The notes beneath the pieces were generated by a model that had not been told where the DNA came from, made no database searches, and saw only the letters and a program-made list of their open reading frames with translations. A stretch of DNA of 64,000 nt from Candidatus Latescibacterota bacterium (lineage in GTDB: Bacteria > Latescibacterota > UBA2968 > GCA-2709665), in NCBI GenBank assembly GCA_965219455.1, contig OZ244744.1, positions 4,576,001 to 4,640,000 of the forward strand, read 5' to 3'. Of this stretch, positions 9,732-19,256 are shown piece by piece (within the stretch, counting starts at the first letter, position 1; each line of letters begins with the position of its first letter). Made by a program: the position numbers and the translations under genes.

Positions 9732-11108
9732 ATGGTACCCTGGATCTTCGTGCACAATCCCCTGGAGCACTGGCTGGACGACTACCCGCGCATCTTCGAC
9801 GCGTGGGAGGCGGGAGGGGTGGGCGGCATCGTGGTGGGACGGATGTGGCTCAGGAACGAGGCCGGCATGCCGTTGTGGGGGGACACCCTCACCCCCTCGT
9901 TTGCGGCGGACCCAAAGGTGTACGCCGCGTTCGGCATCAAGCCGCCCCCGGAAACGGCCCGCACCCCCGAGAGGGAGAAGCAGCTCCACGCGCTCCTCGA
10001 CAACGCCGCCTCCCGGGGCTGGCACATCATGATCTTCGACTCCAGAGACGGGCTCCGGCTGCTCTACCAGCGGGGCCAGGGTACCACCAGCGGCCTAGCC
10101 GAGGAGGAGGACCCTTTCGGGGCCATCGAGGTGGCCGCCGGGGTGCACGACCTGGCCAGTGCCTATCCCCAGGCCCACGGCGTCATCCTGGACCAGCCCG
10201 GTGAGACCTTCTACGAACTTGCCTTCCATCGGGGTAAGGCCCTACTGGAACTGGACGGTCGCATGCGGCACCGCTTGGAAGCCATCGGCGCCGATGTGGA
10301 GCGCGTCGCCCGCGGCATGGCGCACCTGAACGAGCGTTTCCACAACCTGACTCCGGATCTGGTGCGCTACCACGCGTCCGGCGGCATGCTGGGGGCACTG
10401 AACCTGTTCGACCTGAACGAGGATGCCCTGTACTGGCTGCGCGCCCGCCGCGAAGCGGCGCGGGGGTTCATGCGCGCCGTGCACGCGCAGATGCAGAGAG
10501 TGGGAGGGAAGGTGGAGCTGGGGGGCATTCCGCGCACCGCCGCTTTCTCGTCACTGACCGGGCACGAATTTGGCGAGATGGCGGAGTACTTCGACTACGT
10601 CTTCCCCAAGCACTACTTCTGGCACCGCGGGAATGACGGCCTCTACGGCACCATGGCCCGCTGGGTGCAGCAGGTCCTGGACTGGAACCCGACCCTGTTG
10701 GAGGCAGACGGCTTCGCCGTGGTCAAGGCCTTCCTGGGGCTGGAGCTTCCCGGGGTGCAGACCCTGGCGGACATGGAACTGGGGTTCCCCGAGGAGTTCT
10801 ACTCGGAGCTGGTGTACAACGAGACGCGCCGAGCGCTGGAGGCCATCGGGGATGTGAACAAGGTGATCGCCTGGGTGTCGACGGGGCGCCGTCCGCACGG
10901 GGGCGAGCCCATGACCGCCCGCGACCTGCACGGCATCCTGACCGCCTCCGAGCGGGCCGGCCTGCAGCGCTTCCTGTTCCAGCCGGACCCTGATCTGAGC
11001 GCCCCCGAATGGAGCGTGATCTCCGACCTGTGCGGCAAGCGCTGGCACCCGAGCCGCGACGGGTACTGGCCCTCGGACTCCAGCAGGCCCGACGCGTTCA
11101 GCAGGTAG
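9732..11108 (+). CDS. Conserved hypothetical protein (possible TIM-barrel/glycoside hydrolase-like), GC-rich
   Basis: 458 aa ORF with GAGG RBS and strong GC3 bias. Confidence 0.75.
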   Translation: MVPWIFVHNPLEHWLDDYPRIFDAWEAGGVGGIVVGRMWLRNEAGMPLWGDTLTPSFAADPKVYAAFGIKPPPETARTPEREKQLHALLDNAASRGWHIMIFDSRDGLRLLYQRGQGTTSGLAEEEDPFGAIEVAAGVHDLASAYPQAHGVILDQPGETFYELAFHRGKALLELDGRMRHRLEAIGADVERVARGMAHLNERFHNLTPDLVRYHASGGMLGALNLFDLNEDALYWLRARREAARGFMRAVHAQMQRVGGKVELGGIPRTAAFSSLTGHEFGEMAEYFDYVFPKHYFWHRGNDGLYGTMARWVQQVLDWNPTLLEADGFAVVKAFLGLELPGVQTLADMELGFPEEFYSELVYNETRRALEAIGDVNKVIAWVSTGRRPHGGEPMTARDLHGILTASERAGLQRFLFQPDPDLSAPEWSVISDLCGKRWHPSRDGYWPSDSSRPDAFSR

Positions 11109-11469
11109 GCATGCGCCCGTTGCGGGACTTATCTGCGGGATTCGTCGCTTCGCCGACTCGGGGAATCGACGTCCCCAGGAACCGGCTAATCACAACGTGA
11201 TTCACCCAATGCGCCGGAAGGCCCGATCCGCCGCGACCCCTTGGCAACGGACGCCACAGGCCCTGATCCCCGGCCGGCGTTTCCTCCCTGGCACATTGAC
11301 ATCAGGAGACCCCTTACGTATCGTTCAGAGAGATATGACACGTAAGGGAGACTTGACCATTTGTTGCCATCCTGGTCCTGTCTTCTCGCGTTTCCTCGGG
11401 TCTCTGATCTGCCCCTGCGAGCGCATCATGCTGTTGCTGGCATTGGGCGCCCGTCAATGTCAGTGGTAG

Positions 11470-11595
11470 CCTGGGCAGAAGTTGGGTTGGGGCATTACAA
11501 TTCTTGGCTCCAATGTCCTTGGTGCTTCTATCTATTTCTTATTTCGAAGACCTAAGCGGATTCGGGAACGCAATCAGGAATCACTTGAGCCGTAG
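11470..11595 (+). pseudogene. PLDc_N-like protein, C-terminal half
   Basis: PGQKLGWGITILGSNVLGASIYFLFRRPKRIRE...; matches the KxxW...GAxIY..RRP pattern. Confidence 0.65.
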
Positions 11596-12149
11596 CGAAC
11601 ATATCGAGCCTCCCATACACTTCGTGCGTGGTGCTCCGAAGTGACGGCCTCGGACATCGACGTAGAAGATCTGTATTGTCGGGCCATGAGCGCCGTCGCA
11701 AAATAAAGCGCTCCTGGACCCACCTCAACACCACTACCCACACATTGGCCTGTGTCACACCGGTTGCTTGATTTTTACACCTATCGAAGTGGCGAAAAGG
11801 CGACGGAGAAAATTGAATATCCGGCGGAATGCACCTTCGTCTTGTCCAAAAGCTCACTTGCTAATGACTTGACTATGCCGAAGGCTGCGCCCCTACCCAG
11901 AGGGCATGCCGCTAAGTTCGGGATCACTTTGCTCGCGTGCCGCTTGGAGGGGCCACTGCCCTTGCTGGTCCTGACGTGAAGGTTTTGGAGAGATGTCGTG
12001 ATCTCTTCGGTATTGCCTAGGGCTAAACCATTTTTTCGAATCGGATCTCAGGTCATCCCAATCAGATGAGAGGAACCAAACCTATGTCGCACGCTGTATG
12101 TACGCGCCGATCTCCAGGACCGAGAGGGGCGCCACCCCGATGCGACTTC

Positions 12150-12301
12150 TGCTAACACGGGCTATTCGCTCCGGTCGCTTCGCTCCCTCCGGCCCTTCGG
12201 GCACATTCCCCTTTGTCACGTCGCTTGCTGAGAGACGCAAGCGCCGCGCCAATCCGGCTTCGCCGGACCGGGGAACGTCGTATAGCCCGGGAACGTTATC
12301 T
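12150..12301 (+). repeat. Long multi-hairpin attC-like site
   Basis: TGCTAACacgggctat...atagcccgggaacGTTATCT with several internal hairpins. Confidence 0.85.
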
Positions 12302-12330
12302 GCAATTGCCCCAGAGATCGCGATGTCTAC

Positions 12331-12870
12331 GTGAAAACACCTCAACCCCCATCGAAGTGTTGGTTGCATAGCGAAGTGGGAGTCCGAAGATCCGAGATTG
12401 AGGGATCCGGTCTTTTCGCTGAGACCTTAATCACTGCCGGCACGAGGATTCTGCAGTTCGGCGGCGAGATTATCTCTCGAGATAACCTGCTGAAGATGAT
12501 CTCCGCAAGAGAAAGCAACCCTGATCTGCCTTACGTTGACAGTATCAGCGTTGCTGAAGGTCTTGATCTGTTCATTGTACCGAGACAGCAAGTCCATTTC
12601 TTGAATCACAGCTGTGATCCGACTGTTTGGCACGTTGATGCCTTCACTCTGGAATCCCGGAGAGACATACTAAAAAACGAAGAGATTTCAGTAGACTATG
12701 CCACGCAGGCGGATAGTTTTGAGTTCGCGATGAACTGCAATTGTGATTCATCCGAGTGCCGCGGTCTGATTACCGGAGAGGATTGGATGTCAACAATCCT
12801 TCGCACTCGGTACGGCGATCATTGGGTTCCGGTTTTACTCGCTCGAATTCGGGCAACCAAAAACGTTTAA
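12331..12870 (+). CDS. SET-domain protein with post-SET
   Basis: GSGLFA, FLNHSCDP, EEISVDY, CNCDSSECRG. Confidence 0.92.
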   Translation: MKTPQPPSKCWLHSEVGVRRSEIEGSGLFAETLITAGTRILQFGGEIISRDNLLKMISARESNPDLPYVDSISVAEGLDLFIVPRQQVHFLNHSCDPTVWHVDAFTLESRRDILKNEEISVDYATQADSFEFAMNCNCDSSECRGLITGEDWMSTILRTRYGDHWVPVLLARIRATKNV

Positions 12871-12931
12871 TAAAAAACACTGAAGACGACTTCGAGATTC
12901 TTAACGCATCGCATTAGCTAGGGACAACTGC

Positions 12932-13019
12932 AGCTAACACGTCGGGCTGCGGCTCCGGCCCTTTCGGGCCTCCGCAGCAACCTGCTGGCGCAGGTTCGCA
13001 GCCCGCGGGAACGTTATAA
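12932..13019 (+). repeat. attC-like site
   Basis: AGCTAACacgtcgggctgcg...cgcagcccgcgggaacGTTATAA. Confidence 0.85.
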
Positions 13020-13209
13020 GCCATGCCAGCGTTCCTCCAAAAGCAGGCGGCCGTCCTGGCCGCCCAAGAGAATCTCACTACGTTCTTCAGTAGCGGAAAT
13101 TTCGCTTGAAGAACTTAATTAAGATATGTAGATTTATAGCAGGTCTATAGGTGACCAATCGCAGCAGAATTGAACCGTCTTTACCATATTAAAAACAATA
13201 TGATATATA

Positions 13210-13695
13210 ATGATTCCTAAGGTCAACATCGAGACATCTATTCCCAGTTTCTATTACGAAACACGTACAGAACCCGAGATGGCTGCAAAGCGGACTTGGA
13301 CACGCCAGTGGTGGGACGAACGGCGTGAGGGTTATGAGATTTTCACCAGTGAAGCGGTTATCGATGAACTCAGTGGAGGAGAGTATCCTAACAAGGACCG
13401 AGTATTGGCCCTGGTTGCTCCTTTGCCACTGCTGCCAATTGAACGAGAAATCGCTGAGATTGTAGAAGCATATATCCAACACCAGATGATGCCTAGTGAT
13501 CCCCTGGGCGATGCACTCCATCTTGCTACAGCCTCTTATCATAAGTGTGAATTTTTGCTCACATGGAATTGCAATCATCTGGCTAACGCGAATAAGTTTG
13601 CCCACATCAAGCGAGTCAACACTATTCTTGGCTTATATGTGCCCACGTTGGTGACTCCGCTGGAACTCCTAGGAGATATTGAAGATGAAAGATGA
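13210..13695 (+). CDS. PIN-domain (VapC-like) toxin
   Basis: IETSIPSFY, SEAVIDEL, DALHLA, LLTWNCNHLAN. Confidence 0.88.
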   Translation: MIPKVNIETSIPSFYYETRTEPEMAAKRTWTRQWWDERREGYEIFTSEAVIDELSGGEYPNKDRVLALVAPLPLLPIEREIAEIVEAYIQHQMMPSDPLGDALHLATASYHKCEFLLTWNCNHLANANKFAHIKRVNTILGLYVPTLVTPLELLGDIEDER

Positions 13696-13855
13696 TCCGA
13701 CCATTCGTAGGATTCGTGAAGTGCGTCATAGGATTTCGGAGCAATGTGATCACGACCCAGAGAAATTGGTGGCGTATTACATAAGACGCCAGAAAGAGCA
13801 TCCTGAGAAGCTGGTGCGGAAAAGTAGAGAAGAATCGGTGAAACGGGAGACATAA
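13685..13855 (+). CDS. Small putative antitoxin partner (56 aa)
   Basis: MKDDPTIRRIREVRHRISEQCDHDPEKLVAYY; overlaps the PIN gene end; below ORF-track cutoff. Confidence 0.7.
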   Translation: MKDDPTIRRIREVRHRISEQCDHDPEKLVAYYIRRQKEHPEKLVRKSREESVKRET

Positions 13856-13974
13856 TCCCTCGTTCTTCTTTCAAGATTTCCGCTGAATAATTCATTTAGC
13901 GGAAATTCTGTTTCAGCGACAAAGCGGCCTTGCCATCCGTGGCAAGGCCGCCCCCGCCCCCCGGCTGGCACAAC

Positions 13975-14058
13975 ACATAACACGTCCGTGCCCGGCTACG
14001 GGCCATACGGCCCTTCGCGCAACCGCTTCGCGGTTCGGGCACGGCGAAAACGTTAGCC
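13975..14058 (+). repeat. attC-like site (main family)
   Basis: ACATAACacgtccgtgcccg...caaccgcttcgcggttcgggcacggcgaaaacGTTAGCC. Confidence 0.9.
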
Positions 14059-14169
14059 GCAATTAATAGAGCATTGATTTCCATACGTAGTTAGACAGCA
14101 CGAGACAGCCTGTCCGCACTTTTACAGTCCAATTGCGACGCAATTCTTACAGCAACACAAGAGGATATA

Positions 14170-15090
14170 ATGAGTATTGCTACTGAACCCTGCCCTGGGC
14201 AGCTACGCCACCACTCTTACGCCGTGGTGCGCGGTTTGTTCGACGCAGCGACGACAAAACGGCTGCGCGAGATCTGTGAGCGAGTGCTGGAACAGTGGCG
14301 GCGCGCTCCTCGCTGTGACAATCCACCGGTGGGGCCCCAGGCCAATTACATGAGGCACCTGAACGACCCGGAATATCACCGCGATCACCCCGACGATCTC
14401 GCCTTTCTGCTCAATGCCATGGGGTCGCCCCAAGTTGTCGAATCGCTGAGCGCAGCCTTGGATGAAGAATTCCTCTTCGCCTTGAGCAGTCTCTACTGTA
14501 ATCCGACCGGAGAAAGCCAGGACGGATTTTGGCACAAGGACAAGATCGGTGCAGAAGCAGACGTATCCCGGAGACCGGAGACCGGAGCCGGGTTGCAGAT
14601 GCAAATCGCATTGGTCCCTACCGACGATCTCGAATTGGTGCCGGGGTCTCACCTGCGTGACTACTCCCCCGAAGAGCACGCGATCTGCGTCGCCGATGAT
14701 GGGATCCACAACCGCTCGAACGATATGCCTGGCGCCGTTCGTCTCCACCAGGAACCCGGTGACGCGGTGCTGTTTACCCAGTTGTGCATTCATCGGGGCC
14801 GCTATCACACCGACAAGCTCAGGCGCTCGTTGATGATCTCGGTAAAAAAACGGGCCGCCGCAGAGTTCACGATGCGCCAGCGGGGGCTGAACTACGCCAG
14901 TGACCAGCCATGGTTTTTGCTGCCGCAATACTTCGATGGCGTCAGTGAGGATGCGCGAGCGTTCTTCCAGGAATTCGTCGGCTTCTACGCCCCGCATTGG
15001 CGCGCCCGGCTGACGGAGGTGTTGAAGTACTCGAGTCTGGTACAAAGCCTGGTGGAAGCCGGCGAGCCGTACCCGTTTTTTGGTGAATGA
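14170..15090 (+). CDS. Phytanoyl-CoA dioxygenase (PhyH) family 2OG-Fe(II) oxygenase
   Basis: WHKD, LVPGSH, PGDAVLF, IHRG. Confidence 0.85.
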   Translation: MSIATEPCPGQLRHHSYAVVRGLFDAATTKRLREICERVLEQWRRAPRCDNPPVGPQANYMRHLNDPEYHRDHPDDLAFLLNAMGSPQVVESLSAALDEEFLFALSSLYCNPTGESQDGFWHKDKIGAEADVSRRPETGAGLQMQIALVPTDDLELVPGSHLRDYSPEEHAICVADDGIHNRSNDMPGAVRLHQEPGDAVLFTQLCIHRGRYHTDKLRRSLMISVKKRAAAEFTMRQRGLNYASDQPWFLLPQYFDGVSEDARAFFQEFVGFYAPHWRARLTEVLKYSSLVQSLVEAGEPYPFFGE

Positions 15091-15169
15091 GAAGTCTGTC
15101 TGAATGAGTTAGCGGCTACATTTTGATACATAAGGCCCCGACAATGAACGGATACGAATTAATCACGAC

Positions 15170-15270
15170 GGCTAACACCGGCTTTACGCTTCGGGGCATC
15201 CGCCCCTCGGCCCTGCGGGCACATGGGCCTTTGGGACTGGCCCACGTCGTAAAGCCAAGAACCGTTAACC
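15170..15270 (+). repeat. attC-like site
   Basis: GGCTAACaccggctttacg...cgtaaagccaagaaccGTTAACC. Confidence 0.85.
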
Positions 15271-15447
15271 GAAAGCGGCGCAAGTGTTCCCAGCCACATT
15301 ACCCCAAAAAATCGCGCACAAAAGGCAACAACCACCTTATTTTGAAGTCTTCCACGGCGAATAAACTGTATCAAGTTTTTCGGCTACGAATGGAATATGC
15401 CGAACTTTCTCCGCAGAATCACAAGTCAGGCCGTGCGGAGGTCCACT

Positions 15448-16575
15448 ATGAAGTGGGAACTGCTGCATCCGGACCAGGAGCAAGCCGAGGATGTACCCTG
15501 TAGGCGGGCGGCCTTCGGCGGGATGTTGAGCTACAATGGATGCGTCTACCTGTTCGGGGGGATAAAAGTGATGTACGGCCGGCCGAAAGGGCCTGGAGAT
15601 CTTTCCGTCCAGGGCTCATTGAACGACCTGTGGCGCTACGACCCGGATCGAGGCCGGTGGACGCGGTTGGAAGACCACGATGGGCGCATCGGGTTCAGAC
15701 CGTCCGATACCAGACCGTGTACCCGGAAGCTCACGACCTGGCTGCCCGTGAACGGCAGGCTTTATCTTTTTGGCGGGTCCTCAGTGCGGGGCCCCGGCAA
15801 GAGGGAGATCAAGCTGAACGATCTCTGGGCCTACGATCCGAAGACAGCCTCGTGGGAGCTGTTAGAGCCCGACGACGGGCGGGCATCAGGAATAACGGCG
15901 GATGGGCATCGTCCCGCCGGTTCGGGCGGGATGGGGGCGGCCGTTCTGGGTGATTACCTGTATCTGATGGGGGGACATGGCGCGATGACGCACGCACAGC
16001 TGTGGACCTACAAGGCGCCGGCCGGGAAATGGGAGCACCTGGGGCCTGCATCGAATGGACGCAACGGTTGGCCGCCGAAACGATACTGTCCCGTGCTGGC
16101 CGGCTGGAACGGCAGGCTCTACCTGTGGGGCGGTCGGGACAGTCAGGGTCGAGCGCCGGAGTTCTACAACGATCTGTGGGAATACGATCCCGACGGAGGC
16201 GCCTGGACCTGCATTCAGGAGAACCGGTCGGATGATGTTGCACGGCCTTCCCCTCGGTACGGGCTGGGATACGCTGTGATCGGAGATCACCTGTATCTGT
16301 TCGGAGGATTTGCAGGAGGGGAAGGGGAGCACCCCCAGCTGAACGATCTGTGGCAGTACGATCTTCGTGCCGGCCGGTGGGACTGTCTATATCCACACAA
16401 CGGTGCGGAGGATTACTCTGCTGGCGCCGAACGTCCCGGTGTCAGGCGAATCCCCGTTATGACAGTGGGGGGCGAGTCCGTCTATCTCTTCGGGGGGCTG
16501 GATCTGGCTACCGGGCCGCACGGGGACGGGCCGCTGGCGGCGTACAACGATTTCTGGCACGGAACACCGGCCTGA
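15448..16575 (+). CDS. Kelch-repeat protein, copy 2
   Basis: Near-identical to 3268-4395. Confidence 0.9.
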   Translation: MKWELLHPDQEQAEDVPCRRAAFGGMLSYNGCVYLFGGIKVMYGRPKGPGDLSVQGSLNDLWRYDPDRGRWTRLEDHDGRIGFRPSDTRPCTRKLTTWLPVNGRLYLFGGSSVRGPGKREIKLNDLWAYDPKTASWELLEPDDGRASGITADGHRPAGSGGMGAAVLGDYLYLMGGHGAMTHAQLWTYKAPAGKWEHLGPASNGRNGWPPKRYCPVLAGWNGRLYLWGGRDSQGRAPEFYNDLWEYDPDGGAWTCIQENRSDDVARPSPRYGLGYAVIGDHLYLFGGFAGGEGEHPQLNDLWQYDLRAGRWDCLYPHNGAEDYSAGAERPGVRRIPVMTVGGESVYLFGGLDLATGPHGDGPLAAYNDFWHGTPA

Positions 16576-16604
16576 TAGGGCATTTCTTAAAGGAGATTCC
16601 GTAG

Positions 16605-16694
16605 TTGCATGCGAAGACCGAAGTCGATCCGATCCGGTTCGAGGTGATCCGCAACGCGCTGCTGAAAGCGACGGAGGAGATGGCGATTGCGCTA
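16605..16694 (+). pseudogene. Hydantoinase B/oxoprolinase N-terminal fragment (30 codons) fused to unrelated sequence
   Basis: VDPIRFEVIRNALLKATEEMAIAL. Confidence 0.7.
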
Positions 16695-16860
16695 CTGGAA
16701 TTCATGCCGAGATCCCATTTCACGGTTGAGGAACTTGACACGTTCGAGGCCAAAGTTGAGCGAGGGAAGCCCTTACTCTCACCCCTGGCCTACAAAGCGA
16801 CCAAGGCAGGAATAGGATCGAAACGCCTTACCATAGCCTCGTAGGGAGAGAGGTGACTTC

Positions 16861-16941
16861 ACATAACACGACCGTGCCCGGCGACGGGCTGCGCCCTTCG
16901 CGCAAACGCTACGCGGTTCGGGCACGGCGAGAACGATATCT
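16861..16941 (+). repeat. attC-like site (right core GAT)
   Basis: ACATAACacgaccgtgcccg...gggcacggcgagaacGATATCT. Confidence 0.85.
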
Positions 16942-17032
16942 TGAAGAGACCAAAATCACAGTATCGGCCTGCAAATCAAGATAACAAGGTTTGTTATCAA
17001 ACACCCGAATTAACAACCGCATGGAGGACCCA

Positions 17033-17230
17033 ATGAGGTACAAAGTTGCCCTTCATAAATCCGACGAAGGCTTTAGCGTTTCGGTGCCTGGCTTGCCAGG
17101 TTGTTGGTCACAAGGAAACACGGAAGATGAGGCGGTTGCAAACATCGAAACAGCAATTCGTGAATATCTTACTGTCGTTGACGATCTGTTAGATGGCGCG
17201 GAGATACGAGAGATCGAGTTGACGGTATAG
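17033..17230 (+). CDS. hicB: HicB-family antitoxin
   Basis: VSVPGLPGCWSQGNTEDEAVANIETAI. Confidence 0.88.
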   Translation: MRYKVALHKSDEGFSVSVPGLPGCWSQGNTEDEAVANIETAIREYLTVVDDLLDGAEIREIELTV

Positions 17231-17231
17231 G

Positions 17232-17303
17232 ATGCCAAAAATTCCAGGTGTCAGCCATTTGAATGCCGTGCGAGCTTTTGAGAAAGCGGGGTTTCGCATT
17301 TGA
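17232..17303 (+). pseudogene. hicA: HicA toxin truncated after 23 codons
   Basis: MPKIPGVSHLNAVRAFEKAGFRI*; the G-x-H motif region is missing. Confidence 0.75.
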
Positions 17304-17643
17304 TGTGTTCAACCCGAGCCTGTCATGGCACCGTCTCGATCCTGACAGGTGGTCCCCGGTCAAGACCATCTCAGATCCACGAACAGGTTATCGGCTCCGC
17401 ATTGAATTACAGGGGCGGTACGACCGTGCGCTTCAGGTAAGTGCAGGCACGTACCGGATTCTCGACGAAGCCGACCAAGAGGTCTCTCGGCATGAGTTGC
17501 GATTAAGAATGCTGTTCCCCGCCGAGCTTGAAGCTCTACTTCACTACAATGGATTTCTCATTGAATCCCGAGTTGGGAACTTCGACGGCGCGGCATTCTC
17601 CGGTAACGCGAGCAAGCAAGTGGTCACCTGCAAGATTCGATAG
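17302..17643 (+). pseudogene. C-terminal fragment of a class I SAM methyltransferase
   Basis: DVFNP...LRMLFPAELEALLHYNGF...GNFDG. Confidence 0.65.
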
Positions 17644-17741
17644 AGAGCAGCGCAACGCCAAATGACTGAGAGCCATTCCAGAGGCACAACGGGCAGAGAG
17701 CCAAAAACCTTTCGGGCGTGCATTGTGTTCCAGCACCCTTA

Positions 17742-17903
17742 GAAGCTGTTTTAAAATCCCCGGTGAGTTCCCGAGCGCAAGCGAAAAGGTATCGGTCCAG
17801 GCGGCCGAATCCGCCCGTATCTAGGGATACGGGCGGATTTGGCCAACGCCGACCGACGCATTTGCAGCCGCGCGAAGACCGCTGGGGGTTTTAAAACAGC
17901 TTC
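17742..17903. mobile_element. MITE with terminal inverted repeats and TTA duplication
   Basis: gaagctgttttaaaa / ttttaaaacagcttc flanked by TTA; internal aatccgcccgtatc hairpin. Confidence 0.8.
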
Positions 17904-18041
17904 TTAGGGCTTGGCCTGAAGGGGGCGCGCCGCAATCGTGTAACACATGGCCCCCGGCTCGCCTCGCTCGACCAAAAGAGCCGTGAGCGAAGAGTTGGCT
18001 GACTGCAAAAACACTGATTTCTTGTCTGATGCACGGCTCCT

Positions 18042-19121
18042 TTGGGGCCATCACCGTTATGCGAAAGTGAGTTCGATTTGTTTAGAGCGGATCTCTTCCA
18101 GGCGCACCTGGAAAACTGGGAACTCATTCTGCAGGAGCGAACCGTTGAAGCCATCGAACGGATCGCGTCTGTTCCTGGCGTTGCGGGTGTGATTCTTGGG
18201 GGTAGCGTTGGGCGAGGAATGGCGTGGCCTATATCAGATATAGACCTCATCTACATTACTACCAGGGCGGCGGACAACAGTCTTCCAAAAGCAGTGGACG
18301 AGCTTGCGTTGTCCATCACAAGGGAGTGGGCTCGGGACACGTGGCCGACGTCTGTTGACGCAGGCCGACTCCATTTTACAGCCGATGAGGCAGACGACTT
18401 GATCAAAGGCAAGCGTCACTTGGATAAGCTGATGGCCAGTGAGAGGACTTTCCATGCGACCGACAAGAGCCACCTCGGTCAATCAGTTCACGCGTCTGAG
18501 GATTGCGATACTCCTGCATTTGTTGTGCTACTTTCCGATGGTCGATTTGACCCAACGGTTGTCCGGGCACGCCAAATCGAGCGAGTCAGACGTGTAACCA
18601 GGCTCGCCCATCGAGTGAAGTCACATCTGCAGGCAGGTCGTCTGATTGAGGCAGGGATCTCTATACAGGAACTCGCGCGTGTTATAATCCCATATCTGAA
18701 GGAAAGGTGGGGGCATGGAGATCGGTCCTTTGGAAGGGTTTTCACTCGTTTTTGCGTTCTGGCTCACGAGCACCAGGAAGAAGGAATTGCGAATCGCCTC
18801 ATTCGACTGTTCTCTCTTACGGCGGATGAGGTAGAAGCAAGGTACGCCAAGGCTCCCGCTAATGTTGAGGAGCGGCACATCACATCGTATCTATCCCGCC
18901 TGGCCGTGGGCGAGGAGATCACGGAGCTCGATGACAAACGCGATGTCCTGTATGCCTATACGTGGTATGCAGTTCGTACTGGTGAAACTGGTTCGTGGCT
19001 CCTCAATGAGGATCTGCACAAGTCTCAACTCAAGTTGTCACTGGATCAAACAGCATCCATATGGGCCGAGGTGGTCTCGAAGGAGCCGGATTGCGTATCC
19101 AGCGAACTCACCTTCGCATAA
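18042..19121 (+). CDS. Nucleotidyltransferase-domain protein
   Basis: GGSVGRGMAWPISDIDL (GS-x10-DxD); start uncertain; stop in the attC core. Confidence 0.75.
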   Translation: MGPSPLCESEFDLFRADLFQAHLENWELILQERTVEAIERIASVPGVAGVILGGSVGRGMAWPISDIDLIYITTRAADNSLPKAVDELALSITREWARDTWPTSVDAGRLHFTADEADDLIKGKRHLDKLMASERTFHATDKSHLGQSVHASEDCDTPAFVVLLSDGRFDPTVVRARQIERVRRVTRLAHRVKSHLQAGRLIEAGISIQELARVIIPYLKERWGHGDRSFGRVFTRFCVLAHEHQEEGIANRLIRLFSLTADEVEARYAKAPANVEERHITSYLSRLAVGEEITELDDKRDVLYAYTWYAVRTGETGSWLLNEDLHKSQLKLSLDQTASIWAEVVSKEPDCVSSELTFA

Positions 19122-19199
19122 CACGTCCGTGCCCGGCTTCGGGCCATTCGGCCATTCGCGCAACCGCTACGCGGTTCGGGCACGGAGAAAACGTCGCAC
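19116..19199 (+). repeat. attC-like site (right core GTC)
   Basis: GCATAACacgtccgtgcccg...gggcacggagaaaacGTCGCAC. Confidence 0.88.
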
Positions 19200-19256
19200 G
19201 AAAAATGAGGGCCTGGTCAATCAATTGGCCGGCACTGTTCACAGATAGCGTGAAAT

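Noticed and set aside
11110-11200. Possible attC relics here and near 1450, 25480, 48280, 52900, 59100 and 61976
   Set aside because: Only fragments of the motif remain and the cores cannot be assigned with confidence.
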